A stretch of 64,000 bases of DNA from Cyanophora paradoxa CCMP329. Its lineage: Eukaryota; Plantae; Glaucophyta. Both the position numbers and the translations under genes were made by a program. Below, piece by piece: positions 1-10,591 of the stretch. The notes under the pieces were generated by a model, which saw only the letters and a list, made by a program, of their open reading frames with translations, was not told the DNA's origin and searched no databases. Location of the stretch: assembly GCA_004431415.1 (NCBI GenBank), contig QPMI01000010.1:124001-188000 (forward strand), given 5' to 3'. Positions within the stretch are counted from its first letter, which is position 1. Each line of letters opens with the position of its first letter.

Positions 1-2632
1 CGCGGCTAGTGCCGTCGAAGGCGAGAGCGGGCGATGGCGTGACGCCCGCGGCGGCCGGCAGCGCACAGGCGGCCGCTGCTTCGGCAACGAGCGTAGAGCC
101 CGGGACGATCGCGGCGCCTCCCAAGGAGCCGCGGGTCCTCACCGTGTACTCGACGAAGCAGCGCGCGGTGCGCTGCCCGCTGCAGCCGCCAGCGCGTGCC
201 GCAAAGCTAACGGGAATCGACGCGCAGTGCGAACTGACGGAGGAGGACGCGGGAAAGATCTTCAGGATACGGGACTACAAGAAGGCGTTTCCCGAGGGCA
301 TCGCCGGCAAGGTTGATTTCGAGGTGCGGGCGGGCGGCAGGCGGCGGGCGGCGGGCGCCTTGCGGCCCGCAGCGGCGCCTGAGCTGTCTGCGCAGAACGA
401 ATCCGACCTTGGCATCATGCACCGGCGGGAGGCGATCGAGATCTTTGACGCGTTGCGCGAGGTGGACAAGGAGGTCCGGGCCGGCAAGCCTTCGAGCAAG
501 CCCGGGTTCTGCCTGAGTGCGTTCGCCTGAGCGACGCCTAGAGCGCCTGCCCGCATCGCCGCGCAGCGCTCACGCGCCCCGCCGCGCTCAGCCGGCTCGC
601 GCGGGATGGGTAAGAGCTACATCCTGAACAGTGTGGTCCAGGCCGCTTCCGACCTGGGCTGGTTCGTCATCTTCATCCCGGAGGGTGCGCGGCCCCCGGC
701 GCGTTCTCCCGTTTCCGGTCCCCGCCGGATTCGAACCCGCCCTCGCAGTGTTCAAGCTTACGGAGGGGCGGTACGCCATGCAGCACTCACCCACCCGCGA
801 GGGCCTCTGGGACATTCCCGAGATCTCCCAGGCAGGCCCCGCCCCCTTCTTCCATCCCTTCGCTCCGCGTACCCCCCTGACCTCCCCCGTCCCAAAAAAA
901 AGATGTTCCTGAAGGGTATCGAGGCCCGGAACAAGGAGCTCCTTTCCAAGACGAAGCGTACCCTGGAGTGGCCCTACGGAGACATTGAAGACAACCTGCT
1001 GGGGTACACCCGCCTCGGCATCGAGGAGGTCGAGGTCCGCGCAGAGCGATACCCCCCTCCGCCGTACCCCGGACCCGTTCCGACTCTGCCCCCAGGCCGC
1101 GCCCGAGGCCCTCTTGTTCCTCCTGGACGAGATTAGGGCCCTCAAGGAGTGCGTACCCCCGCAGCCGTTGCCTTTTTTCCCGAATTGACGTACCCCCCGC
1201 GCACCTGCAGTGTCCCCGTCCTGCTCGCCATCGACCAGTACAACGCTTTCTACGCGATGTGCAAGGGGTACATGGACGAGGCACGCGCCATTCCTCCCCC
1301 CCTCCATTTCAGTCCGTACCCCCTTGACCCGCGTGAGGGCAGGAGGGGAAGCACCTCCCCCCCCACATCTTCACGTGCTTCCGTCCCTTCGTTCGCTTCC
1401 CGGACGCCTCCATCGTGCGCCCCCGCCCCGCCCGGCTCGGCGGGCCCGCAATCCATTCCAGATCTCCAAGGCTTAGCGCAGCCTGGCCTGACCCCGCTCG
1501 CTTTGATGCGCAGAAGCAGGGCATGATGATCATCGCGACCTCCGAGGGCTGGATGGTGCGCGGCTCGCTTTTATCTATCGAGAAGCGGGCAGAGATGGGA
1601 GGGGCGGTGCTAGAAAAAAAGGAGCTGGGCGGGCAGGAGTCGGCGTGTGAGGGCAGGCCGTCGGCTCGACGCGCCCCGAGCGATTTCGATTCGCATTAGA
1701 ATCAGATTCGAGTTCGCCCCGTCCGACGCACGCCCCGCCGCCGATAAGTCTAAGAAGATCCAGGCACGAGGGGCTAAGAAAAGAAAAAGGCTGGAAGCGC
1801 CGATGATCAGTGAGTCACAACAGTTCGATAGACTGACTAACTGACTAGTGTTTCTGGTCCGGGCAGCAAGTTTTCATTTCGATTTCCATTGACTGGCGCC
1901 GCCCTGCTCCCGGACGCAGTGGCACAAGTCGCAGACGATCCGGGAGGCCCTCCTCGACTCGCCCCTCGCCCGCGAGGTTACGACCCTCACCCGCACCGAG
2001 CTCCAGGTCCGTCCGCAGGGGCGGGGCGAAGCTGAGCGTAGCTGAGCGGAGCGGGGCGGACGGGGCGGAGCTCGGGAGGGTGGAGGGGCCGGGGCGGGGC
2101 GGGGCGGGGCGGGGCGGGGCGGTTCGGGGCTCGAACCACTCTCTACTGCTTTCATATCTACCCTTAGGGCGGGAGGGACGCGTTTCTGCTCTCCGCAGGG
2201 AGCGGGGGTCGGGACGCCTTCACTCTCCCCCGCCCCCCTGTTTTTCCTTTACCCGGATTCCCTCACTTGTTCCCCCCTCCTCTCTCTCAGATCCTTCTCG
2301 CGCGGTACAAGACCGTCGGCGGCATGGGCGCCCGTGCGCCGTACCCCCCACTCCCGCCCCGCGCCCGCTCCTCCCCGCTGACCGCCCGCCGCCCCCTTCA
2401 GCCCTGGATCGGGCCCACGTAAACCAGATCTGGGCATACACTGGCGGCCTCCCTGGCGACTGCCTCAAGGTGTGTTTTTTGTGTACCCCCTCCACCGCCT
2501 GAATATCGAAGCCCCCCCCCGATCCGGCTCACCTGAGCGCAGGCCGCGGCGCTCTCCGGGATCGACGTACCCCTAGACGACGAGGACGCCCCGCTCTACG
2601 CCGCGCGCCTCCGCAAGGGCATCTGGAAGTGA
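1..2632 (+). CDS. DAP3: Mitochondrial small-subunit ribosomal protein mS29/DAP3, multi-exon, 5' end outside the window
   Basis: Spliced peptides GIMHRREAIEIFDAL, P-loop FCLTGSRGMGKSYILNSVVQAASDLGWFVIFIPEG, Walker-B-like VPVLLAIDQYNAFY and IWAYTGGLPGDCLK match the DAP3 family. Stop TGA at 2630-2632. Confidence 0.85.
2087..2121 (+). repeat. (GGGGC)n microsatellite in a DAP3 intron; the same pentamer recurs in introns near 14415, 33150 and 61250
   Basis: Directly visible tandem ggggc. Confidence 0.8.
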
Positions 2633-3648
2633 TCTTCGGCTGGCCGGCAGGCGCGGGCGCGGGCGCGCCGGCCGCTGCCGGGCCGGCGGGCCGGCGGGTA
2701 GCTTTGGGCGGCTCGTTCTCCGCGGTAGAGTTTCTCTGTGGCGGTCAACGCGGCTTGCCTTCGTTCGCCGACTCGGCGCGCGGTGCTCGGGCCGGGGCCG
2801 AGGGTCTGCAGAGAGCTAGGCCATAGCTATAGGCCATGATCATGATGCCGCAGTGCGCTGTATACAGCCTAGCAGTGCGCTAGCTTGCGCGAGCTCTGCA
2901 TGCGCAGCTAGCGGCCGCAGCTGCAGCCCTGGCAGCTGCCCAGCCCGCACTGCCAGGCTAGCCGGCGCCGCGCGCCCGGGCATGCGCAGGCAGCGGCACG
3001 CGCGCCGGCGCGCACTGCATGCGGCAGCGTGCAACTTGGCAAGCGCGGACGTCGACGGGCCGGCGACGGGCCATGGCCAAGCCTCGGAGCTCGAGCTCGA
3101 GCTCGATCGAGCTCGCAGAGGATCGATTCGGAAGGATCGCAAGCTTGACGACCGATGGCCCGGCGATGGGAATCATGGGATTGTTCCGAAAGGGGGTACG
3201 CGTGTTCGATTCACGTGGCGGAACCCAATGGTTGTTATGACAGTGTCTTATAGAGTGAATCGCGGCCAGCCAAAGTTCGCATTGCAACTTCGCAATTGCG
3301 CGCAAGTCTAAAGCTTGAAGCAGCTCCCAGCAAGCGATTGTCCGCAGGACTGCAGAAGCATCTAGTCGAGCAGCTCCTGGGGCGCCACCGTGTGCGATCG
3401 GTCTTGCTTAGGATCTTCCTGAGCAGCTTTGGATCGGCGTAAGGACATTGCGGAATCGGTGCCCCCTCGATTCCGGAATCGACGCGTCCACACAGCGATC
3501 TCGTTGTTTCTCACGCTCTAAGGTGCCTGCTGAGGTCAACGGGTCTATCGCTGCGAGCACTCTCGCTTCCCCTGAGTGCCTCGCTAAGATTCGCCACCGC
3601 AGGTCGGGTTTTACCGGGACGCCAGACCCCCGGGCCTTCCGCGGAGCT

Positions 3649-5370
3649 ATGATGTTCGATAGAAACGGGTTTCCCGTTCAGGGTGATGCACAGGAGCGTC
3701 CGGCCGCGACGGTAAGTCTCGTTTGATGACGCCGGTTACTCGGCCGTATCGGCATCGCCTAGCAGCTGGCGTCCCCGACTCCCTTCGTCCTTCTTTCGTT
3801 TTCGTCTGACATCCCTTGGCAGAATGGGGTCGTGTCGAACGGCGCGTACGCGGGCTACTACCACGTCTATCCGTACGGCAGCACGGCAGCAGGGCGAGCA
3901 GGAGTGGCAGCGGGCCAGCTAGAGCAAGCGAGCGCTGCTCGTCCTCGATCCCCGCAGCAGCAGTTCCAGCAGCACGCGGAAAGGAGAGATGATTTGAGCC
4001 AGTCGGCAACCTTCACAACAGCGTCCCAGCCGCAGAACCCTCCTTCTCCTCCTTTCTCCTCTTATCCTCCTCCCACTCCGTATCCATACCCGCCGTTCAA
4101 CTACCCGTATGCGCCGCCGCCGTTCCCGCACAGTGCACCGGTGTATTCTTCGCAGGGCGGCCGCGGCAGCAGCGCAAACGGCCGCGGGGGCAGCTCCGAA
4201 GCGTCCAACGCGGCTTCTTCTTCCTCTGCCGAAGCCGCTGCCAACCAAGCAGCTGCAGCAGCTGCGGCGGCGGCAGCTGCCGCCGCCGCTGCGGCCGCCG
4301 CCGGCCAGCCGCCTCCCTTCCCCTACGGCTCGTACCCTCCGCATCCGTACCCTTTCTGGCCCTACCCTCCTCCTCCGTACGGGTTCTACCCCCCGCCGAT
4401 CCAGGCAACGCGGCCCGCGTCGCCCAAGTCGAAGGCCCACGCGCTGCCCAACCCGAACTCGCCCGAGGCACCGGCGGCCGGCTCGAAGAAGAAGCGCGCG
4501 AAGCGGGCGGCGCCGACCTCGGACGTCGCCGCGGGCGCCGCGAGCCTTGTCGGGCTGCCCCAAGCCCCCATCGCCCTCGCCATACCCGAGCGACGGCTCG
4601 CGCCCCTCCGCAAGCCTCAGAACTCCTTCATGCTCTTCTCGGTAACCCCCACCATCACTCTCTCTCCCTTCGCCCCCGCGTTACCCTCCGGCGCTTACCT
4701 GCGCCGCTCCAGAACGAGTACCGGTCGGTCCTGCAGGCGAAGTACCGCAACTTGTCCAACCAGCAGATCTCTGAGTGAGCGGCTCCTTCCCTTTCCTTTC
4801 CCCTCCTCGCCTTGCTCTCTGTTTGACTGTCCCCAGACTGCTGGGCAACCTTTGGAAGAACCTGCCCGCGGAGAAGAAGCTGCCGTACCAGGAGCAGGCC
4901 AAGAAGCTGAAGGAGGAGTTCGAGCGAGCGTGAGCGACCCGACCGCCCGCCCGGCCGTCGCCGCCGCTCTCTGAAGGGGGGGGCGCAGGCACCCGAACCT
5001 CGTATTCAAGCGCCGGAAGCGGGGCGCGAAGGAGGCCGACGGCGCCGTCGGCTCGCCGGCGCGGCCGACGGTCGAGATCGACGACCTGGAGGTACAACGG
5101 CTGCTTCCCGTGCGCTTCAAGAGCTCGGTGGCCGGCGCCGAGGAGCTGGCGGCGCTCAAGGACGACATCGTCAGGCGGGCGGCCGAGGGCGACATCTCAG
5201 CGCTCGCCGTCGAGGAGGGGGACGCCGCTTCTGGGGGCGAACCCGTGCCCGTCGGCCAGGGCGACGAGGCGGCCACGGCGGCCGAGCAGCTCCGGGCGTA
5301 CCGCGCGCAGGCGGGGGCCTCGGCCGCCTCCAACCCGGCCGTCGACTCTGTCCCCACCTTCCGGCGCTAG
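3649..5370 (+). CDS. HMG-box transcription factor (SOX/TCF/MATA-HMG type) with a Pro/Tyr/Ala-rich N-terminus
   Basis: ATG at 3649, GTAAGT donor at 3712. The spliced HMG box reads RKPQNSFMLFSNEYRSVLQAKYRNLSNQQISELLGNLWKNLPAEKKLPYQEQAKKLKEEFERAHPNLVFKRRKR across three introns. Confidence 0.85.
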
Positions 5371-5992
5371 CCGGGCCGCCCGGGCCGGGTCGGGCGGTCG
5401 TAGCTGCTGGTGAATGTCTGCGTCCGAGTTTCAGTTGCGTTCGCAAATCCAACTCCCCGTCTTTGCGTTGGTCAGGAGAGGGCGGACAAAGGCGCACGTA
5501 GTTTAAAGGCAGATTAGACGTGGCTATGAACTCTATTCTTGCATGGATTCTTTCCCGGTGTCACAGTGTCGCCGATCGGCGAATTTGCCGTTTCCTTTCG
5601 AATTCTCGCAGTAGGACTCTTTTGCATACCAGCCGTCCCCGTCGCGTCCTAAAGCTGGCTAGCGCTAGCGCTGCTCAGCTCCGGATCCCGAGCTCGAGGC
5701 GCGCCATACGAGCCTTGTCCCAATTGTCGAATATGACAATTCCTCTTCCGGACATCCATGCCACAGAGCTTTTCTCGCAAGAGAGCCCGTGCGCAAGAGG
5801 CGTCCAAAGCGGTGGCAGGTGCGCATGTGATGAAGAAAGCTTAAGGATATGAATTACAACACACAAACTGTAAATTAAGCGGGGATAATCCTAAAATGGA
5901 GTCTTGGCGGCGCGTACGGGCGCGCCGGCACGGAAGCTTACCCTAATTCGCTACGGGCGGCACGCATCGTGCGTGCGTGCTCTGGCTGCTGA

Positions 5993-7690
5993 TTACTGGC
6001 GGTTGCCGACGTCCTTGGTGGACGACGAGCGCTTGTCCAGGACGGTCAAGACGAGCTGAATGAGGGTGAAGCACCAGGTGAGGATGGACATGACCTACAC
6101 CGACCGTGGAGTCAGCGGTTGAGTAGCGGCGGGAGGAGGCCGGAAAGGACGGACCATCATGCCGTACTCGGTGGCCGCGAAGGAGGAGATGGTTCCCTTC
6201 GAGAACTTGCGGGACCACTCGAGCGAGCGGCACGCGAAGCCTGCGGCCGGCCGCGTGAGCCCACGGCCGGCGCGGGAAACAAGCGCGGCGAGCAGGAGGC
6301 GGAGCGGCGAGCGAACCCATGTTGATGGTGTTGAAGATGAAGACGATCACGAGGAACTGCGCGAATTTGAGCACTCCTTCTCTTCCTCGACGGCGGGCGG
6401 GCGGGCGCACCATGAAGTGGGCCTCGACGACGCGGCTCTTCTTGTGGCCGCCCAGGGTCGCGAACCAGAACGCGTAGAAAGTGTACACGAAGGTCAGGAC
6501 CGCTGCGGGGCGCGGTCAGGCGGTGCGCCTGGCGGGCGGCGGGCGGGAAACGCACAGGCGGGGAACGCGGCGAGGTAGGTCATGAACGAGGTGAAGATCG
6601 GTCCCGGGAAGGACTGGCGGCGAAGATCAACTCGAGCAACTAAGAAAGTCCAAGAGAGAGGAAGCGCACGAGGGTGAGGAGGTTGTCGTTGTTGCGGATG
6701 ACGCCGCTCGAGTACACCTTCCACGCGTCGCCGACGGTGATGGTGGCGTCGAGGAGGTCGAACATGTCCTGCCAGTTGTACTGCTCGCCGAGAGAAGCCA
6801 ACCGGCGCTTGTTGTACCACGCGTTGCAGTGGCCGAGGTTGAACGGAGCGACCGCCTGCAGGCCGCGCGGGTTGCACGTCCCGGGTGCGACAGTGATCAA
6901 GCCCTTCGCGTCGTAGCCGGTCGGGTTGGCGCCGCAGGTCGTGAGGGCGGGCGACACAAGGTTCTCAAGGCAGCCGACGTTGTACATCCTGGCGCGAGTG
7001 GGTCAGAGCAGCGCGGCGTAACTATGGCGGAGGAGGCCAGGCGCACGCGTCGGTCAGGCTGCGAGTTCAAACGAAAGATCAGCGACCGCAAACAGGCTGC
7101 GGAATCGGTCGGCTAGCGGACCTCTGCGGGGTCCAGACGATGCCAGCGGAGCGGGTGAGAGGGCCGACGGTCTGACGGCCCATGAAGCCCTGAAGGACGG
7201 AAATAACGTCAATGAAGGCTAGAAAGACGGCCGAGGGCCGCCGAACGCACGGGGCCCTGGCCGTGGTGCTGGGCCATCAGGCGGAACTTGGTGGACTCGC
7301 TGAGACCGGCAAGGTAATCGCCAGTCGCATAGCCGCCCTCCCTGTGTGATATCGGACGGTCAGGAGGGGTCGGTGGCGGGGCCGAGAGAATTTGGATCAG
7401 CTGGGCTCCTAGTCGACTGGCTGGACCGGCCAGGCCCGCTCGGGAGAATCGATGGGTGAGAACGCACCAGAAGTCAATCCAGCGGTAGGTCTGTCGTAGG
7501 CGACGCCGCGGAGACGGCGAAATCGGGGCGTCAGTTTTAACGGCCCCAGAAAGGGCGGAACGGACGCACGAGGATCACATGGGTGATCGCGCACATCCAC
7601 AGGAAGACATTGGGGATGAAAACCCTACGGTTCGCGGCCACACCCATGGTGAAGAAGAGGGGCCTGGAACTCTCCCTGTACCCCTGATTC
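5993..7690 (-). CDS. Uncharacterised tetraspan-like membrane protein (one TM, large Cys-containing loop, three TMs; claudin/SUR7-like topology); start uncertain
   Basis: Spliced exons give RVFIPNVFLWMCAITHVIL (TM1), a loop including MYNVGCLENL...CNAWYNKRR, then hydrophobic segments IFTSFMTYLAAFPACVYTFYAFWF, FLVIVFIFNTINMG and VMSILTWCFTLIQLVLTVL. Stop TAA at 5993-5995. Confidence 0.6.
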
Positions 7691-8222
7691 TACCACTACT
7701 TCCGGTCAAGTTGGTCGCTTTTCCGGCCACAGCTGCGCATGCAGCAGCCATGGCCAGCGGAAGGGCACGGAGGCTTGAGTTCGGCCGCGCGCGGCGGCCG
7801 CGCGCGGCCCGCTCCGGCGCGGCGGCCGCGGCCGGCTCCGGATCGACGCCGCCAGGGCTCCCGACCCGGCCGCGGGCGCGGCGAGCTCCGAGGCCAAATT
7901 AAAGTAGTAAGAGTGCCGCAGTGCTCGAGCTTAAGCTTCAGCTTAAGCTTCAACTCAGGCCGGCGCCGCGGCGGATTCCAATCCAGCATTCTAAGCTAAA
8001 TTAAATTAATCACATTCTGCTCACTATAAGACTGCACGCACATGTACAGTGCAATAACTTAATCCTACAATATGCAAATGCGCGCGCGAAGATCAAAGAA
8101 AGAAAAGCTGCAGGACTGCGAGATTGAGGATCGGACGGAAATGTATACTATGATACGTAAGAGTGGGCGAAATCCGATGATCGTAGTTGGGAGGGTCGAT
8201 CAAGAATCGGGCGATATCGATC

Positions 8223-9083
8223 TCAGGAGAGGTCCACGGGGTGCTCGATCTCAAATGTCGTGGCGCCTCCGTTATTGGACCGGGGACGGGAAGCGTTGCT
8301 CTCGATCGCGCTCATGATCGTCTCGAGCTTCACGCCGAGCGCGTTCACCAGCCGCTCCTGCGTCCTCCCAAGCCGCCTGTCGGTGATGAAGGTGCCCGAG
8401 ATGCGCCGTATGCGGTCGCCAGGGAACACGTTCTTGCTCCTGTCGGCGGCGCCTCCGGGCTTCACCTCTGCACGGAGCGGGAAGGGGCGTCAACGTCAGA
8501 GTTCGAGCAGCGCGCGTGTGCGGGCTGCATTGAGCGCTGTGCGGGGGCGGGGGCGCACCGGCCACGTACACGTCCCCCGTTTCATCGTCCTCTTCGAGAA
8601 CCATGCCCATGGGGCGCCTGAGCGTCACCCTGAGCGCGCGGCGTGAGCGTGAAATGACCGATCGACGCCGAGCGCTAGCCCCGCAGGCCCGCAACCGGGT
8701 GGGCCGAGGCTAGGCTGCTTCGCGCTTGCGAGGCAAGCCATAACCCCTCATCTAAGCGCCCTTGGCGCGGGGAGCTCTCCAAGGACACGTGCCTCGCATT
8801 GCGCAATAAGCAGAGCTCACTTGACTATCGGGCCAGCGGGGAAGGTGGTCGCCGCATGACGATCAGTCGGTTTCAGATCAGGAAAAGCGTCGAACCCCGC
8901 GACCTCGAAGACCCTATGAGCTCTCTCTGATCGCCCGCCAGGCGATGGCGCAACTGAACAGGATCGCGGGAGCCGGTGACGCGGGCTGGAAGGCTGAGAG
9001 GCCGATTCACGATTCAACGGGGATGCATGCGCAGGGACGGGGTGATCGAGGCTGCGGCTAGTAACGGAGAGAACGAACGCCAT
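8223..9083 (-). CDS. Plastid-targeted PDZ-domain protein
   Basis: N-terminus MAFVLSVTSRS is Ser/Pro/Arg-rich like a transit peptide. The spliced domain VKVTLRRPMGMVLEEDDETGDVYVAEVKPGGAADRSKNVFPGDRI fits the PDZ consensus. Two introns. Confidence 0.75.
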
Positions 9084-9188
9084 TGCTCCGTTGCGAACTG
9101 GCCGGTGTACCTGCGAACGAAGTACGCTTAGTGTGCCGTCCGAGCTCGAGCTTGTTGTCCACCCCACGCGTATACGTCCTGCTCAGCG
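9084..9188. promoter_or_regulatory. Putative bidirectional promoter (PDZ gene / VMA21)
   Basis: About 105 bp between divergent start codons. Position only; no motif identified. Confidence 0.45.
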
Positions 9189-9732
9189 ATGTCCTACTTC
9201 GTGCGCACCGTAAACGACGGCATCTCGGGGCTCATGGCCGTCAACGGGTTCGACGCGCGGGCGGATGCCGCCGCGCCGCCTGACGCCCCCCGCGCAGCGT
9301 GCCCGAGAACAAGCCCGTGATACAGAAGCTGATACGCTTTTCCCTGGCAATGGTAACGGTGCCCGTCGGCATCTTTCTCGTCTCTTACTACGCAATCCTC
9401 GACTGTGCGCCGCTCGCTGTCCCGCGCGCCCTTGAACGATGCCGTCGTTTAATGCGGCTCTCTGCCCCGCAGCGGCGTTCCTGACTGTGGCGCGGAGGAC
9501 GGGATCGCAGTCGGAGAAGCTGGTGTGGAGCGCTGTCTTCTCTGTGATTGCAGTTAACGCGATCATCGTCATGTACATCCTCTCCGCCTTCGCCGAGGAC
9601 GTGCAGGGGGCCGCGCCGGCTCCCGCAGCAGCAGCAGGGACCGGCGCGGCGGCGCCATCAGCAGCAGCAGGCGCCAGCACTGCGGCGGGAGCGGCGGCGC
9701 CCGCCTCTGCAGGGCAGAAGAAGCGGGAATGA
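9189..9732 (+). CDS. VMA21: V-ATPase assembly factor VMA21
   Basis: VIQKLIRFSLAMVTVPVGIFLVSY and VWSAVFSVIAVNAIIVMYILSAFAED match the two-TM VMA21 pattern. C-terminal KKRE is a KKxx ER-retrieval signal. Start at ATG 9189 or in-frame ATG 9234. Confidence 0.85.
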
Positions 9733-10591
9733 TTACATCGGGGTCAGATCTTCGTTAGCACCTGTATATCTCAATGCAGTACTAATCCGACGAATCATGC
9801 ATTGCGCCGAACCCTGACCGTCGGACTCAGTGAGCGCATAGCCTGAGGCCGCCTCCCCGAGTCCTAGGCTACTAGGCTAGGCCCCGGCCCCCCCGGGCCC
9901 GCGGCCGGCCGCGGCCGGGGGGCATGCATGCGCATGCATATGCACAGGGCAAGGCTGTTCATGCCATCATGGCATCATGGCATGATGTTGCAGCCTGCCG
10001 CGGCGCTGGCAGGGCCCGCCGGCCCGCGGGCATGCGCACTGCGGCATGCAGAGCCAATCGCGAGCTGCCTTCTAGAACTGGTGACCACTGACCACAGTGA
10101 CCGGTACCAACTGGCAACTTGGCAACGCCCCCGGGCCCGAGGCCAGCCTGGCAGCGTGCATGCGCAAGGCAGCACATGCAATGGCACACTTAAGCTTCAA
10201 AAAGGCTTGGCAAGGTGACTCAGTGACGGCAGCAAGTTGTATCGCATCCTCATCTTATTGCAATTGAGAGTGGAAAAAAGCTGGCGCGGCGTAATAGCTG
10301 GCGCGGCGTAATACATGAAGACACCTCCAATACAGAACGAGAGACGAAAGCGCGCGGGCAGTGTGCTTCTAAACTGTCTAAAGCTACAGGCCCGACAGCG
10401 TATGATTTGCGCAAAATCGATCGATCCGGACGCAAGGCGAAAACGACGACAGCATAATATCGCAAGAGGACTTGACTACCTACTACGCCTAGGCCTAAGC
10501 GCATAAAAAAGGGGATGGAAAAAACTTCGGGAGGAGGGGGCGAACACGTGAAACGGCGGCCGGGCCGCGCCCGGCGCGGCGAGAAAGAAGA

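Noticed and set aside
10278-10312. 17-bp tandem duplication, and (CGGAACTT)n at about 20089-20140
   Set aside because: Short local slippage repeats in intergenic DNA with no further structure.
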